Source: Veleropilina oligotropha (Eukaryota). Taken from it: 64,000 nt of DNA. Of this stretch, positions 21,844-34,963 are shown piece after piece (the first letter of the stretch is position 1; every line of letters starts with the position of its first letter). Location: the NCBI GenBank assembly GCA_048128005.1, contig JBEUKZ010000047.1:248001-312000 (forward strand), in the 5' to 3' direction. The notes below the pieces were generated by a model that was not told where the DNA came from, ran no database searches, and saw only the letters and a list, made by a program, of their open reading frames with translations. The position numbers were made by a program, and so were the translations under genes.

Positions 21844-24800
21844 CTACTTGTTTGGTGGAAGTACGGGCTTTTTTGGAGTTTTTGGCTTTGCCGATGACTG
21901 ATCCAATGATTTATCGTCATCCATTGGATCGTCGACAGACGGTGGTGGTAATGGTGGATCATCCACCACCTTAGTCTGTCGGTTTAACTTTGCTTTAGCT
22001 GCTGCCTTCCTACCCTTCTCGGTAGCGGCAGCAACTATGTCAGCGGCAAACTCCATTAACTCTGGCTCTAATTCTTCAAATCTATTATGTAATTTTATTG
22101 GGTCATCCTGACCCTTTTTAGGACGCCCCGACTGGGGCTTACTCCCTAAATTGGGAGACTTTTTTCTTGATCGAGATTGGTTTGATGATCGCGACGGGGT
22201 AGTAGATCGAGATCTAGAATATGATTGAGAAGGCTTAGTAGATGATTTAGATTTGATTTGATTTGATGTTTAACGACCACGCCGACACTAATGGTCATAA
22301 TCGGGTCGGTCAAGTTAATTATACAATAGTTTAATATAAAAAGTTAAAAGTTGAGATATATATTTACTAATAAAATATCAATGCAATAAAACATATGTGA
22401 TAAATAATAAAAACAATTCAATATATTTACAAGTAAAATAAACACAATGCAAATTTGGATAAAAATAAGATCAAATGTTTGCTAAAAACGAGTATAATAA
22501 TAAAATAGTATAATAATAAAATAAAATAAATTTATATAGAATTTGGTCATAAAGGAAATAAAAGTATAAATAAAATTATAACTTATGGAAAATATTTACC
22601 TGTTTTAAAAATTCAAATACGGCTTCGAGCTTATTAAGATTAAATAACTCTTGGAGTGAATTTGCCCTAAAATACCTTTGGCGTGCGAGATCCAAATCGA
22701 CACAATCCAATAATATATGTTTAATTGTTAGGGCAGTTGCACAAGGAATACACTCAGGTGGAGGCTCCCCTTTAAGCAAGTAGGAGTGAGTGTAGTGAGA
22801 ATGCCCAATTCTCAGTCTGGCCATGACGACCTCCTCTCGCCGAGATGGCCTGCAAGAGGGTCCCCAATCACCAAGAAGAGGTTGGACATTCTGCAGTTTA
22901 TTTCTTGTGCATTCATTCCAAGAGTGCTGCCAAGTAGAATTTATATATTTGTTTATGCTTTGTTTAAAATCTGAGTGTGGTAGTTTACAATTTAGTATAT
23001 TGTTAAAATGTGAGGCTGCCTTGGCAGCTTGGTCAGCCTTCTCATTGCCTTGGATACCGATATGGCTCGGTATCCAGCATAAAACAATGTCATTGTCAGG
23101 TAAAAGGTTGTTATAGTTTAATAAAATTTCCTGAACAATAACATTTCTATTCATCTCCCTGAGTGCTTGTAAGCTAGAGAGGGAGTCTGAATAGATAATA
23201 AAACGCCGTTTAGTACTTGTAGAGATAAAATTAAGAGCAAGCTCGATTGCTTTTAGCTCTGCAGTATATATAGTCGCGCTGCCTGGCAGACGGTTTTGAA
23301 AACATTGTCTGCCAGTGACAGCGGCTGCTCCTACTAATTCTGCATCTTTTGAACCATCTGTGTATATGCTTGCACGATCTGAAAATTTCAATTTCAAATC
23401 GTGCACTTTTATGAGATAATCTGATGTGTCTGTGTTTGATTTTTTGAGTGATGTAAGTTGTAGATCAATTACCGGTACTTTTAGTGTCCATGGTGGAGTA
23501 TCCGGAATGTGAATTGTTTTAATTTGACCTACATGTATGCCTGCGTTTTCTAGTGCTGGTTTTATGCGGATGCCAAACGGTGCAATTTTGTTTGGTTTTG
23601 CCTGAAATAGATTTTCGTAATTTGGTGTATAGACAGTTTCGAAAGCTGGGTTAGATGGATTTGATTTTAATTTGATTGCATATTGTAGTGATAGTTTTTC
23701 ACGTCTGAGTGTAAGAGATGGTTCATTGGCTTCAACATAGAGGCTTTCCATGGGTGATGTGCGGAAAGCCCCAAGTGCAAGTCGAAGCCCTTGATTATGG
23801 ATTGGATCAAGCATTTTAAGATATGAATGGCGAGCAGAGCCATATACTATGCTCCCATAATCAAGTTTTGATCTAATTAATGATCTGTATAGTCGTAATA
23901 AAACTGTTTTATCAGCACCCCATTCAGTATTAGAAATTACTTTCATTATATTTAAAGCCTTTTTGCATTTGGCTTTGATGTATTTTATATGAGGTATGAA
24001 AGTCAGTTTGCGGTCAAATATAAGGCCTAAAAATTTAAATTGGTCCACCACTGGAATCTCAAAGTCATCCAGTTTTAGCACAGGGTCATCATGAATTTCA
24101 CGACGCTGGCAGAAATGCATGCATTTAGTTTTGTCCTTTGATAATTTAAATCCATTCTCATCGGACCATGTCTGTAATTTATTTAGGCCATGTTGTAGCT
24201 GGCGTTCTATACTGTTCATATTTGTTGAACGATAGCAAATGCCAAAATCGTCAACAAATAATGAACAGTCAGTGCCAGCACTAATACATTTGACGATACT
24301 GTTTATTTTAATACTGAATAGGGTGACTGATAAAATGCTTCCTTGAGGGCACCCATCTCCTGGTCGTGGATATCGGAGAGGGTGTCACCCACCTTGACTT
24401 GAAAATTTCTATCCTCGAGGAATTTCGAAATAAAATTGGGCAAGTGGCCCTTTAAACCAAAATCAAACAAATCCTTCATAATGCCGTACTTCCAAGTAGT
24501 GTCGTAGGCCTTCTCTAGATCGAAAAAAACAGCAACTAAATGTTGTCTGTTTAGGAAGGCCTCACGAACAAAAGTTTCCAGACGTACCAAGTGATCTGTG
24601 GTGCTCCGGTTGCGCCGGAACCCACATTGATGTTCTGTAAGTAAATTATTTGATTCTAAGTACCAAACTAATCTCTCGTTTATCATCCGTTCCATGGTTT
24701 TACAAATACAACTCGTCAGGGCTATGGGTCGATAACTGTTAGGAGGTGATGTATCTTTTCCCGCCTTTGCAATTGGGATAATAATAGCCTCCCTCCACGA

Positions 24801-27800
24801 GGAAGGGAAGGTTCCGGTTTCCCAGATAGTATTGAATATTGCAAGTAGAGTTGTAAGTGATGTTCCGGGTAAATGCTTAAGTAATTGATAGTGAATGTCA
24901 TCAGGGCCAACCGATGTGTCATGTGCCTTGTTTAGTGAATCTGTGAGTTCCTTGTGTGAAAATGGCTGGTTGTATGACTCTGTATTGTTTGATCTAAAAT
25001 TGAGCCTTGTTTTTTCTTTTTGGTGTTTAAAACGGCTGAATTTTGGAGTGCAGTTGTCGGACGATGAATTGGCAGAAAATGTGTCTGCCAAGGTATTTGC
25101 GATGTCTTTAGCTGTGTCTGCTTCTGAATTGTTTGTTTTAAGGTGCTTGATGCAGTTGGGTGTATGTTTGCCACTAATTTTACGGATCATATCCCATGTT
25201 TTTTTAATAGTGGAACGAGAGTTTAGTTTGGTAACGTAGGAATGCCAGGATTCCCTTTTGCTGTGCTTGATGGTACGTCTGGCTTGTGCTCTTAATAGCC
25301 TAAAGCTATTAAGATTTTGTAGTGTTGGGTGCTGTTTAAATGTTGAAATTGCGTGTATGCGTGCTTTGATTGCTTGTCTGCAGTCTTCATTAAACCAAGG
25401 TTTATTTTTGTGCTTGGCATTTGGACAGGTCTTTGGAATTGAGAGTGTTGCAATGTCATGTAGTGTTGTAGAGAAACTTGATATTGGGTCTTCGCCATGA
25501 GTGAATTGATTAGAGTGTAATTGCTCTTCGCAAAGAGATTGGAATTTCCCCCAATCTGCTTTGCGAAGTTTCCACCTTTTTGTATGTTCTTGTGCTTGGT
25601 TAATTGTGCTTTCCAGGAAAATTGGAAAGTGGTCGCTTCCATGGAGGTCCTCACCAACTTTCCATGTAAAGTCCAGGAAAGCAGATGGGTCGCACATGGT
25701 AAGGTCAATAGTGGTAAGTGAGCCTGTAGGTGGATGCATGTATGTTGGCGATTTGGTAGTGTTAAATAGACACAAATTGTGTCTCCCAATAAAGTCCTCT
25801 ATTTGATGTCCCCGTTTATCAGTGTCAGTACCGCCCCAATCGGTACTATGGGCGTTAAAATCGCCACACAGTAGAAATGGGGTCGGTAGCTGATCTATGA
25901 GATCGTCAAGGTCAGTAGGTCGTAAGTATATACCTGGTGGTAAGTACACCGAGCAAATAGTTATTACTCGGTGAACCGATATTTTCAACGCTACTGCCTG
26001 TAAGTTGGTGTTTAATTTGACCTGGCTGTGTGGTGTTTTGTTGTTGATGATGATTGAAACCCCCCCTGTAGCCTTGTCACCTGTGGTGACAATGTGATTA
26101 TATAGTGAGTGATCTTTAATGCGTATGTTGTCTGTGAGTTTCATGTAAGTTTCATTGAGACAAAATGCGGTTGGTTTGTGTTCTTGTATTAATAGACTAA
26201 TCTCATCAATATTGGGTTTAATGCCTCTACAATTCCATTGTATTATGGTGCCTGACATGTTGGTTTAATGGTGTGTGTATTAAGTGATTTGCTTGTAATG
26301 TTAAGTTTAAATTTGCCTATTTATTCGGTGGAAGTACGGGCTTTATGGCAAGTTTCGGTTTTTCTTTATGCGAGTGATCCAATGGCTGATCGTTTTCCAT
26401 TGGATCGTCGGCAGGAAGAGGTGGCCCAGGTGGTTCAGGGCTCTCGGTCTGCCGGTGTAGTTTGGCTGCTGCCGCCCTCCCACTCTTCGTGGCCGCAGCA
26501 ACAATTTCGGACGCAAGGTCCTCAATAATAGTGTCAGTATTATCAATTTGGTCATCGGATGGTTCGTTAGTATCCATCAGGTGACCAAAGCGATTATGCA
26601 GCTTAATAGGGTCCTCGGACCCTTTGGGCTTTCTATCTGATTTAGTATGTTTCTTAGAGGCTGCTGCTTTAGGAACAGCAGCAGTCTCTTTTGTAGAGTT
26701 GCGAGTAGGTTTGATAACTTTGATTGATTTTGATGTTTGAGTTGATTCTGATGATGAAGATGCTAAATTGCTTCGAGATGGAAAAGTGCTGAAAAAAGGT
26801 TCGCCAAATGGCCAGGTGATATCCGTTTGTGTCGAAGAGGATCTAGTGACTGGCTTTCGCTCCGGTGCTGCAGCAATTGCAGCATAGGATTTACCCGAAG
26901 TGGTCCTGGATTCAACCAGTTTCCTGGCATCAGGGAAAGAGATCCGGTCGATAGTTTTGACCCTTTGGATCTCTTTCTCATGCTTCCACTTCGGGCAGTC
27001 CTTAGAGTAAGCAAAATGCTTACCCTTGCAATTGCAGCATAGTGGTGGCTTGGAGCAAGAGTCAGACTCGTGACCCTCCTCGCTACATCGAGCACATGCG
27101 GGATTCCTTCGGCATCGGTCCTTGTGATGCCCAAATGACTGGCATTTGAAGCATCTCAAGGGGTTTGGGATGTAGGGCTCTACAGGGATGTTAATATAAC
27201 CAGCTTTAATTGTTCTAGGTAGAACAGGAAGGCGGAAGTCCAGAATGATGGTATTGATGGGGATCTTCTTTCCATCTTTAAACATGGTCAGGCGTGTGAC
27301 CTTGGTCACACCCTGGCTCTTCATGCCTTCCAGCAGTTCCTGTTCACTGCATCCCTGCAGATCCCTAGATCTAATAACTCCCTTGGAGGTATTCAAGGAC
27401 CGATGCGGTCGAATTTCAACGGGAATGTTGACAAATTTTGAAGTTCTAAGGAGATTCTCCGCATGGCTCTTCCTGGCGCATTCGACCAACAGGGTGCCAT
27501 CTCGAAGTTTCTTCACTGATCGAGGTTCGCCAGCAAGACCAAGGATGGCCTTGGAGATGGCGAAGGGACTCAAAGAAGTAATTGGAGTAGTTGAGTCAAG
27601 TGCCTCGATTGTCAAGAATCGTGGCCAGCTTTCCGGTACAGGGGGTGGAGGGTCGGGCCTATATTCAGCCTCCCTCTCAGGATCGAATGGGATTGACCGG
27701 ATAGCGGCCATATTTTTCGCATCATCGTCAGAATCAATATAGTCTAATTTATTTTTACGCCTCTTAATTGCGTGAGTGTGGTGTGCCATATTGTGTTTTA

Positions 27801-29390
27801 GTGTTTCATCACCCGAGGTCCCCGCCCACCCCGGAGCCCAACAAGGGGGCATTTGACAGGTGCGGGATTCCAGCACCCAATGCCAGGGATACCCGGGTGA
27901 TATACTCAAATAAGTGAATGAATATTGGTGGTGGGAAGTGTATATCCCACCATTCATTACTCACTTGATTGACCCTTCAGCCACCGCCTTCTGGGATATT
28001 GATCAATGGGTGTTAAGTGATCTCTTATATAAAATGTTCTGATATTAATATATAATGTTTAATTTTTAAAATAATTTATCCCAGGGCACGGCGTGACAAG
28101 CCGATTGATCAGATAGGGCCTATCTGACCTCCCGTCTAGCGGAATCCAAGGCCAAAGTAGTGTGTTGCTTCAGCCGAAGCAGAAGCTCAACTACCAGGAC
28201 CCTCTTTTCCAACATCACGGGTCGCCACCCACGGCAAACAGGTGGCTCCCATTTGGGGGGATCTTACCCCTCTGCAGGGAGAGCAGTCGGCATATTCTAA
28301 CCCCTAACCGACTGGGGGGAGATGATTTAGAATTTGACGTACTTTGAGTTGGAACATCAGGGTGGGTGCTGTTAGTTTGTGATGATGCTGGAGATGTTTT
28401 CGCTGTGGAGGGTGGATTTGGGTTATTTAATCTTGTTGGTCGTTCATTGGAGATCCATGTCAGATCCGTCTGACAAGCAGCAGAAGCGGTGGTAATCGAC
28501 TGCTTTTGGACCAATGAGCGAACAACAGATGAAAACGACTGGGCTGATTCAGATGATACAAGTTTTTTAGCCTCAGGATATGAAATATTTTTATCTGTTT
28601 TCAGGCGTGTGATTTTGGACTCCCAAATCCACTTTGGGCACTGTTTGGATGATGCAGGGTGTTCCCCATTACAGTTGACACATTTTGGTTGGGCCTCGCA
28701 TTTGTAAATACTGCCACTCGTGTGTTCATCACTTCCACAGCGGAAACACCTCTCCATATTTGTGCAGTTATTTGCACCATGACCATACTTTTGGCATCGA
28801 AAGCACCGAAGTGGATTGGGATAGTACACATCCACTTCGATGCGATTGTAACCAGCAGTGATATGAGTAGGTCGAATAGAGGTTTCAAAGGTCATGAGAT
28901 AAGTGTTAGTAGGAATTTTGGAGCCGTCTTTTGTAATGGAAAAGCGTCTGACATTAATAACACCCTGTTGTTGCAACTCATATTCGATCTCGCGTTCTGT
29001 CAGGTATTGAAGGCATCGGTCACGATCCCTAACGATACCTTTTGAAGTATTCAGGTAAGTATGAGGTTTTACGCATACAGCTGCATTAGCAAAGGTCTCG
29101 ATCTTTAAAAGATTGAGAGACTGTTGCCTTCTATTACATTCAATAAGAAGGTTTCCGTCTCTCAATCTTTTCACACTTTTGACAGTTCCTGCAATACTCT
29201 CAATAGTCTTAGCTATGACAAAAGGATTTTTCGTTAGGGGATGTTTCGTGGCGTTTCCTTCAATTCCTGACAGAAGCAAAAAGCGTGGCCAGTTAGTTGA
29301 ATTATATGAATTTTGAATGTCACCCTCGTCGGACGAGGGTGGCGAATCTTCTCTCAGTCTTTTAGTGGTGGTGGGTTTGTTTTTAGCCAT
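21844..29390 (-). CDS. C ORF1, split by A3 (29390-28320 + 22239-21844, in frame, 488 aa)
   Basis: MAKNKPTTT..PLRCFRCQ..SNSKSS|TKPSQ..DPIKLHNRF..KPVLPPNK. Confidence 0.85.
22576..26258 (-). pseudogene. A3 ORF2 with 1-nt deletion near 24349 (GVPQG region)
   Basis: gagggcaccc vs gagggacaccc in sister copies. Confidence 0.9.
26317..27789 (-). CDS. A3 ORF1 (intact gag-like protein)
   Basis: MAHHTH..WPRFL..PLRCFKCQSFGH, three CCHC knuckles. Confidence 0.9.
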   Translation of the reverse strand: MAHHTHAIKRRKNKLDYIDSDDDAKNMAAIRSIPFDPEREAEYRPDPPPPVPESWPRFLTIEALDSTTPITSLSPFAISKAILGLAGEPRSVKKLRDGTLLVECARKSHAENLLRTSKFVNIPVEIRPHRSLNTSKGVIRSRDLQGCSEQELLEGMKSQGVTKVTRLTMFKDGKKIPINTIILDFRLPVLPRTIKAGYINIPVEPYIPNPLRCFKCQSFGHHKDRCRRNPACARCSEEGHESDSCSKPPLCCNCKGKHFAYSKDCPKWKHEKEIQRVKTIDRISFPDARKLVESRTTSGKSYAAIAAAPERKPVTRSSSTQTDITWPFGEPFFSTFPSRSNLASSSSESTQTSKSIKVIKPTRNSTKETAAVPKAAASKKHTKSDRKPKGSEDPIKLHNRFGHLMDTNEPSDDQIDNTDTIIEDLASEIVAAATKSGRAAAAKLHRQTESPEPPGPPLPADDPMENDQPLDHSHKEKPKLAIKPVLPPNK

Positions 29391-29911
29391 GGTTTTGTTT
29401 GTATGTAATTCGATGCATCTGCTTCCCACCCACCATGGAGTGCCAACAAGGGCGATGTCCATAAGCCTGCTGGTAACCGGCAGGCAGACACCGGGGATAC
29501 AAATGCATTATACTCCATTATTAATGACATAAGAAGCTTTAGATAAAACCCAAAGATCTAAGCGGTCAATAATACCAGATTGACCCATGAGCAACCGCCT
29601 TCTATACTACAGGCCAAACTATTTACAGTATATATATACAATTATGAATGATAGTTTATGATGATAATAAAATTGAGTTACTTGCCAAAATGAAAGATGT
29701 TAAAACTGGCATATAACTGTCGCCTGCAATCTAGGGCATGGCGTTACCAGCCGATTGAATGGACCGGGCCCATCCATTTACCACTCTAGAGGAATCATGG
29801 GCCAAAGTGGTGTGTTGGGTCAAAGACGGGTAATACCAGCATCTTTGCCCCTCAACCACCAGGATCCCACTCTCCCTCGACAGTAGGTCGCAGGTCACGG
29901 CAAACGACCTG

Positions 29912-29987
29912 GTTGTGCGTTTCGTTCAGGGAACTTTCGTTCCCCTATCCAGGGCCCACCGCGAGGAGGCGCACAACATCGAGCCCC
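29912..29987 (-). ncRNA. HDV-like ribozyme at the 5' end of element C
   Basis: Same fold as 13836-13911; L3 UCCUCGC, P4 loop GAAA. Confidence 0.88.
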
Positions 29988-31315
29988 AAATGATGTTCCG
30001 GGTAAGTGCTTAAGTAATTGATAGTGAATGTCAACAGGGCCAACTGATGTGTCATTTGCCTTGTTTGGTGAATCTGTGAGTTCCTTGTGTGAAAATGGCT
30101 GATTGTATGACTCTGTATTGTTTGATCTAAAATTGAGCCTTGTTTTTTCCTTTTGATGTTTAAAATGGCTAAATTTTGGGGTGCAGTTGTCGGATGATGA
30201 ATTGGCAGAAAAGGTATCTGCCAATGTGTTTGCAATGTCTTTAGCTGTGGTTGCTTCTGATGTGGTTGTTTTAAGGTGCTTGATGCAGTTGGGTGTATGC
30301 TTTCCGCTGATCTTACAGATCATATCCCATGTTTTTTTAATAGTGGAACGAGAGTTTAGTTTGGTAACGTAGGAATGCCAGGATTCCCTTTTGATTTGCT
30401 TGATGATACGTCTGGGTTGTGCTCTTAATAGCCTAAAGCTATTAAGATTTTGTAGTGTTGGGTACTGTTTAAATGTTGAAATTGCATGTATGCGTGCTTT
30501 GATTGCTTGTCTGCAGTCTTCATTAAACCAAGGTTTGCTTTTGTGTTTGGCATTTGAACAGGTTTTTGGAATTGATAGTGTTGCAATGTCGTGTAGTGTT
30601 GTAGAGAAACTTGATATTGGGTCTTCGCCATTAGTAAGGTGATCTGCGTGTAATTGGTCTTCACAAAGAGATTGGAATTTCCCCCAATCTGCTTTGTGGA
30701 GTTTCCACCTTTCAGTGTGTTCTTGTGCTTGGTTAATTGTGCTTTCCAGGAAAATTGGAAAGTGGTCGCTTCCGTGGAGGTCCTCACCAACTTTCCAAGT
30801 AAAGTCCAGGAAAGCAGATGGGTCGCACATGGTAAGGTCAATGGTGGTAAGTGAGCCTGTAGGTGGATGCATGTATGTTGGCGATGTTAAATAGACACAA
30901 ATTGTGTCTCCCAATAAAGTCCTCTATTTGATGTCCCCGTTTATCTGTATAAGTACCGCCCCAATCCGTACTGTGGGCGTTAAAATCGCCACGCAATATA
31001 AATGGAGCCGGTAGCTGATTAATGAGATCGTCAAGGTCAGTAGGATGTATGTTTATGCTAGGTGGTAAGTATACAGAGCAAATAGTTATTACTCAGTGAG
31101 TCGATATTTTCACCGCTACTGCCTGTAGGTTGGTGTTTAAGATGACCTGACTGTGTGGTGTTCTGTTGCTAATGATGATTGAAACCCCCCCCCCTGTATA
31201 GTAGCCTTGTCACCTGTGGTGACAATGTGATTATACAGTGAGTGGTCTTTAATGCGTATGTTGTCTGTGAGTTTCATGTAAGTTTCATTGAGACAAAATG
31301 CTATAGGTTTGTGGT
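29988..31315 (-). mobile_element. Internal family A ORF2 fragment (APE region), degenerate
   Basis: DHKPIAFCLNET..SDHFP..HLPGTS with indels. Confidence 0.85.
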
Positions 31316-34300
31316 CGACCCCCATTTGTACTGTGTGGCGATTTTAACGCCCATAGTACTAATTGGGGCGGTACTGACACTGATAAATGGGGACATAAAA
31401 TAGAGGACTTGATCGGGAGACACAATTTGTGCCTATTTATAATACTACCAAATCGCCAACATACATGCATCCACCTACAGGCTCACTTACCACCATTGAC
31501 CTTACCATGTGCGACCCATCTGCTTTCCTGGACTTTACTTGGAAAGTTGGTGAGGACCTCCACGGAAGCGACCACTTTCCAATTTTCCTGGAAAGCACAA
31601 TCAATCAAGCGCAAGAACATACAGAAAGGTGGAAACTTCGCAAAGCAGATTGGGAGAAATTCCAATCTCTGTGCGAAGAGCAATTACACTCGCATCAATT
31701 AACTCATGGCGAAGACCCAATATCAAGTTTCTCTACAACACTACATGACATTGCAAAGCTCTCAATTCCAAAAACCTGTCCAAATGCCAAGCACAAAAAT
31801 AAACCTTGGTTTAATGAAGACTGCAGACAAGCAATCAAAGCACGCATACATGCAATTTCAACATTTAAACAGCACCCAACACTACACAATCTTAATAGCT
31901 TTAGGCTATTAAGAGCAAAAGCCAGACGTACCATCAAGCAAAGCAAAAGGGAATCCTGGCATTCCTACGTTACCAAACTAAACTCTCGTTCCACTATTAA
32001 ACAAACATGGGATATGATCCGTAAAATCACCGGCAATCATACACCCAACCGCATCAAGCACCTTAAAACAAACAACTTAGAAGCCAACACAGCTCAAGAC
32101 ATCGCAAACACCTTGGCAGACACATTTTCTGCCAATTCATCATCCGACAACTGCACTCCAAAATTCAGCCGTTTTAAACATCAAAAAGAAAAAACAAGGC
32201 TCAATTTAGATCCAACAACACAGAGTCATACAATCAGCCATTTTCACAAAAGGAACTCGCAGATTCACTAAACAAGGCACATGACACATCAGTTGGCCCT
32301 GATGACATTCAGTATCAATTACTTAAGCACTTACCTGCAACATCACTTACAACTCTACTTGCAATATTCAATACTATCTGGGAAACTGGAACCTTCCCTC
32401 CCTCGTGGAGGGAAGCTACAATTATCCCAATTGCAAAGGCGGGAAAAGATACATCAAATCCTAACAGTTATCGACCCATAGCCCTGACGAGTTGTATTTG
32501 CAAAACCATGGAACGGATGATAAACGAGAGATTAGTTTGGTATCTTGAAACAAATAATTTACTTACAGAATATCAATGTGGGTTCCGGCGCAACCGGGGC
32601 ACCACAGATCACTTGGTACGTCTGGAAACTTTTGTTCGTGAGGCCTTCCTAAACAGACAACATTTAGTTGCTGTTTTTTTCGATCTAGAGAAGGCCTACG
32701 ACACTACTTGGAAGTACGGCATTATGAAGGATTTGTTTGATTTTGGTTTAAAGGGCCACTTGCCCAATTTTATTTCGAAATTCCTTGAGGATAGAAATTT
32801 TCAAGTCAAGGTGGGTGACACCCTCTCCGATATCCACGACCAGGAGATGGGTGTCCCTCAAGGAAGCATTTTATCAGTCACCCTATTCAGTATTAAATAA
32901 AATAAACAGTATCGTCAAATGTATTAGTGCTGGCACTGACTGTTCATTATTTGTTGACGATTTTGGCATTTGCTATCGTTCAACAAATATGAACAGTATA
33001 GAACGCCAGCTACAACATGGCCTAAATAAATTACAGACATGGTCCGATGAGAATGGATTTAAATTCTCAAAGGACAAAACTAAATGCATGCATTTCTGCC
33101 AGCGTCGTGAAATTCATGATGACCCTGTGCTAAAACTGGATGACTTTGAGATTCCAGTGGTGGACCAATTTAAATTTTTAGGCCTTATATTTGACCGCAA
33201 ACTGACTTTCATACCTCATATAAAATACATCAAAGCCAAATGCAAAAAGGCTTTAAATATAATGAAAGTAATTTCTAATACTGAATGGGGTGCTGATAAA
33301 ACAGTTGTATTACGACTATGTAGATCATTAATTAGATCAAAACTTGATTATGGGAGCATAGTATATGGCTCTGCTCGCCATTCATATCTTAAAATGCTTG
33401 ATCAAATCCATAATCAAGGGCTTCGACTTGCATTAGGGGCTTTTCGCACATCACCCATGGAAAGCCTCTATGTCGAAGCCAATGAACCATCTCTTACACT
33501 CAGACGCGAAAAATTATCACTACAATATGCAATAAAATTAAAATCAAATCCATCTAACCCAGCTTTCGAAAATGTCTATACACCAAATTACGAAAATCTA
33601 TTTCAGGCAAAACCAAACAAAATTGCACCGTTTGGCATCCGCATAAAACCAGCACTAGAAAACGCAGGCATACATGTAGGTCAAATTAAAACAAATCACA
33701 TTCCGGATACTCCACCATGGACATTAAAAGTACCGGTAATTGATCTACAACTTACATCACTCAAAAAATCAAACACAGACACATCAGATTATCTCACAAA
33801 AGTGCACGATCTGAAATTAAAATATTCAGATCGTGCAAGCATATACACAGATGGTTCAAAAGATGCAGAATTAGTAGGAGCAGCCGCTGTCACTGGCAGA
33901 CAATGGTTTCAAAACCGACTGCCAGGCAGCGCGACTATATATACTGCAGAACTAAAAGCAATTGATCTTGCTCTTAATTTTATCTCTACAAGTACTAAAC
34001 GGCGTTTTATTATCTATTCAGACTCCCTCTCTAGCTTACAAGCACTGAGGGAGATGAATAGAAATGTTATTGTTCAGGAAATTTTATTAAACTATAACAA
34101 CCTTTTACCTGACAATGACATTGTTTTATGCTGGATACCGAGCCATATCGGTATCCAAGGCAATGAGAAGGCTGACCAAGCTGCCAAGGCAGCCTCACAT
34201 TTTAACAATATACTAAATTGTAAACTACCACACTCAGATTTTAAACAAAGCATAAACAAATATATAAATTCTACTTGGCAGCACTCTTGGAGTGAATGCA

Positions 34301-34963
34301 CAAGGAATAAACTGCAGAATGTCCAACCTCTTCTTGGTGACTGGGGACCCTCTTGCAGGCCATCTCGGCGAGAGGAGGTCGTCTTGGCCAGACTGAGAAT
34401 TGGGCATTCTCACTACACTCACTCCTACTTGCTTAAAGGGGAGCCTCCACCTGAGTGTATTCCTTGTGCAACTGCCCTAACAATTAAACATATATTATTG
34501 GATTGTGTCGATTTGGATCTCGCACGCCAAAGGTATTTTAGGGCAAATTCACTCCAAGAGTTATTTAATCTTAATAAGCTCGAAGCCGTATTCGAATTTT
34601 TAAAACAGGTAAATATTTTCCATAAGTTATAATTTTATTTATACTTTTATTTCCTTTATGACTAAATTCTACATAAATTTCTTTTATTTTATTATTATAC
34701 TATTTTATTATTATACTCGTTTTTAGCAAACATTTGATCTTATTTTTATCCAAATTTGCATTGTGTTTATTTTACTTGTAAATATATTGAATTGTTTTTA
34801 TTATTTATCACATATGTTTTATTGCATTGATATTTTATTAGTAAATATATATCTCAACTTTTAACCTTTTATATTAAACTATTGTATAATTAACTTGACC
34901 GACCCGATTATGACCATTAGTGTCGGCGTGGTCGTTAAACATCAAATCAAATCAAATCAAATC
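31316..34963 (+). mobile_element. 5'-truncated family A LINE on the plus strand, ORF2 frameshifted
   Basis: ORF pieces 31429-34632; (AAATC)n tail 34941-34963. Confidence 0.9.

Larger units (their letters stand above)
22252..28319 (-). mobile_element. Full-length family A LINE (A3)
   Basis: 12-bp TSD AGATGATTTAGA (22240-22251, 28320-28331); tail and 5' CCCCCAGTCGG end present. Confidence 0.93.
17758..29987 (-). mobile_element. Recombinant Nimb-like LINE 'C' (B leader and ORF1, A ORF2 and tail), containing A3
   Basis: B-type 5' end at 29987; ORF1 halves rejoin across the A3 TSD; A-type ORF2 and (AAATC)-like tail; no flanking TSD. Confidence 0.85.

Noticed and set aside
27790..27957. Upstream in-frame ORF1 extension (also 48456-48620)
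   Set aside because: Peptides differ in frame between copies while nucleotides are conserved; better explained as structured UTR
29988..34963. Twin-priming 5' inversion of one element
   Set aside because: Arms overlap by ~1 kb, derive from different variants, and no TSD brackets them
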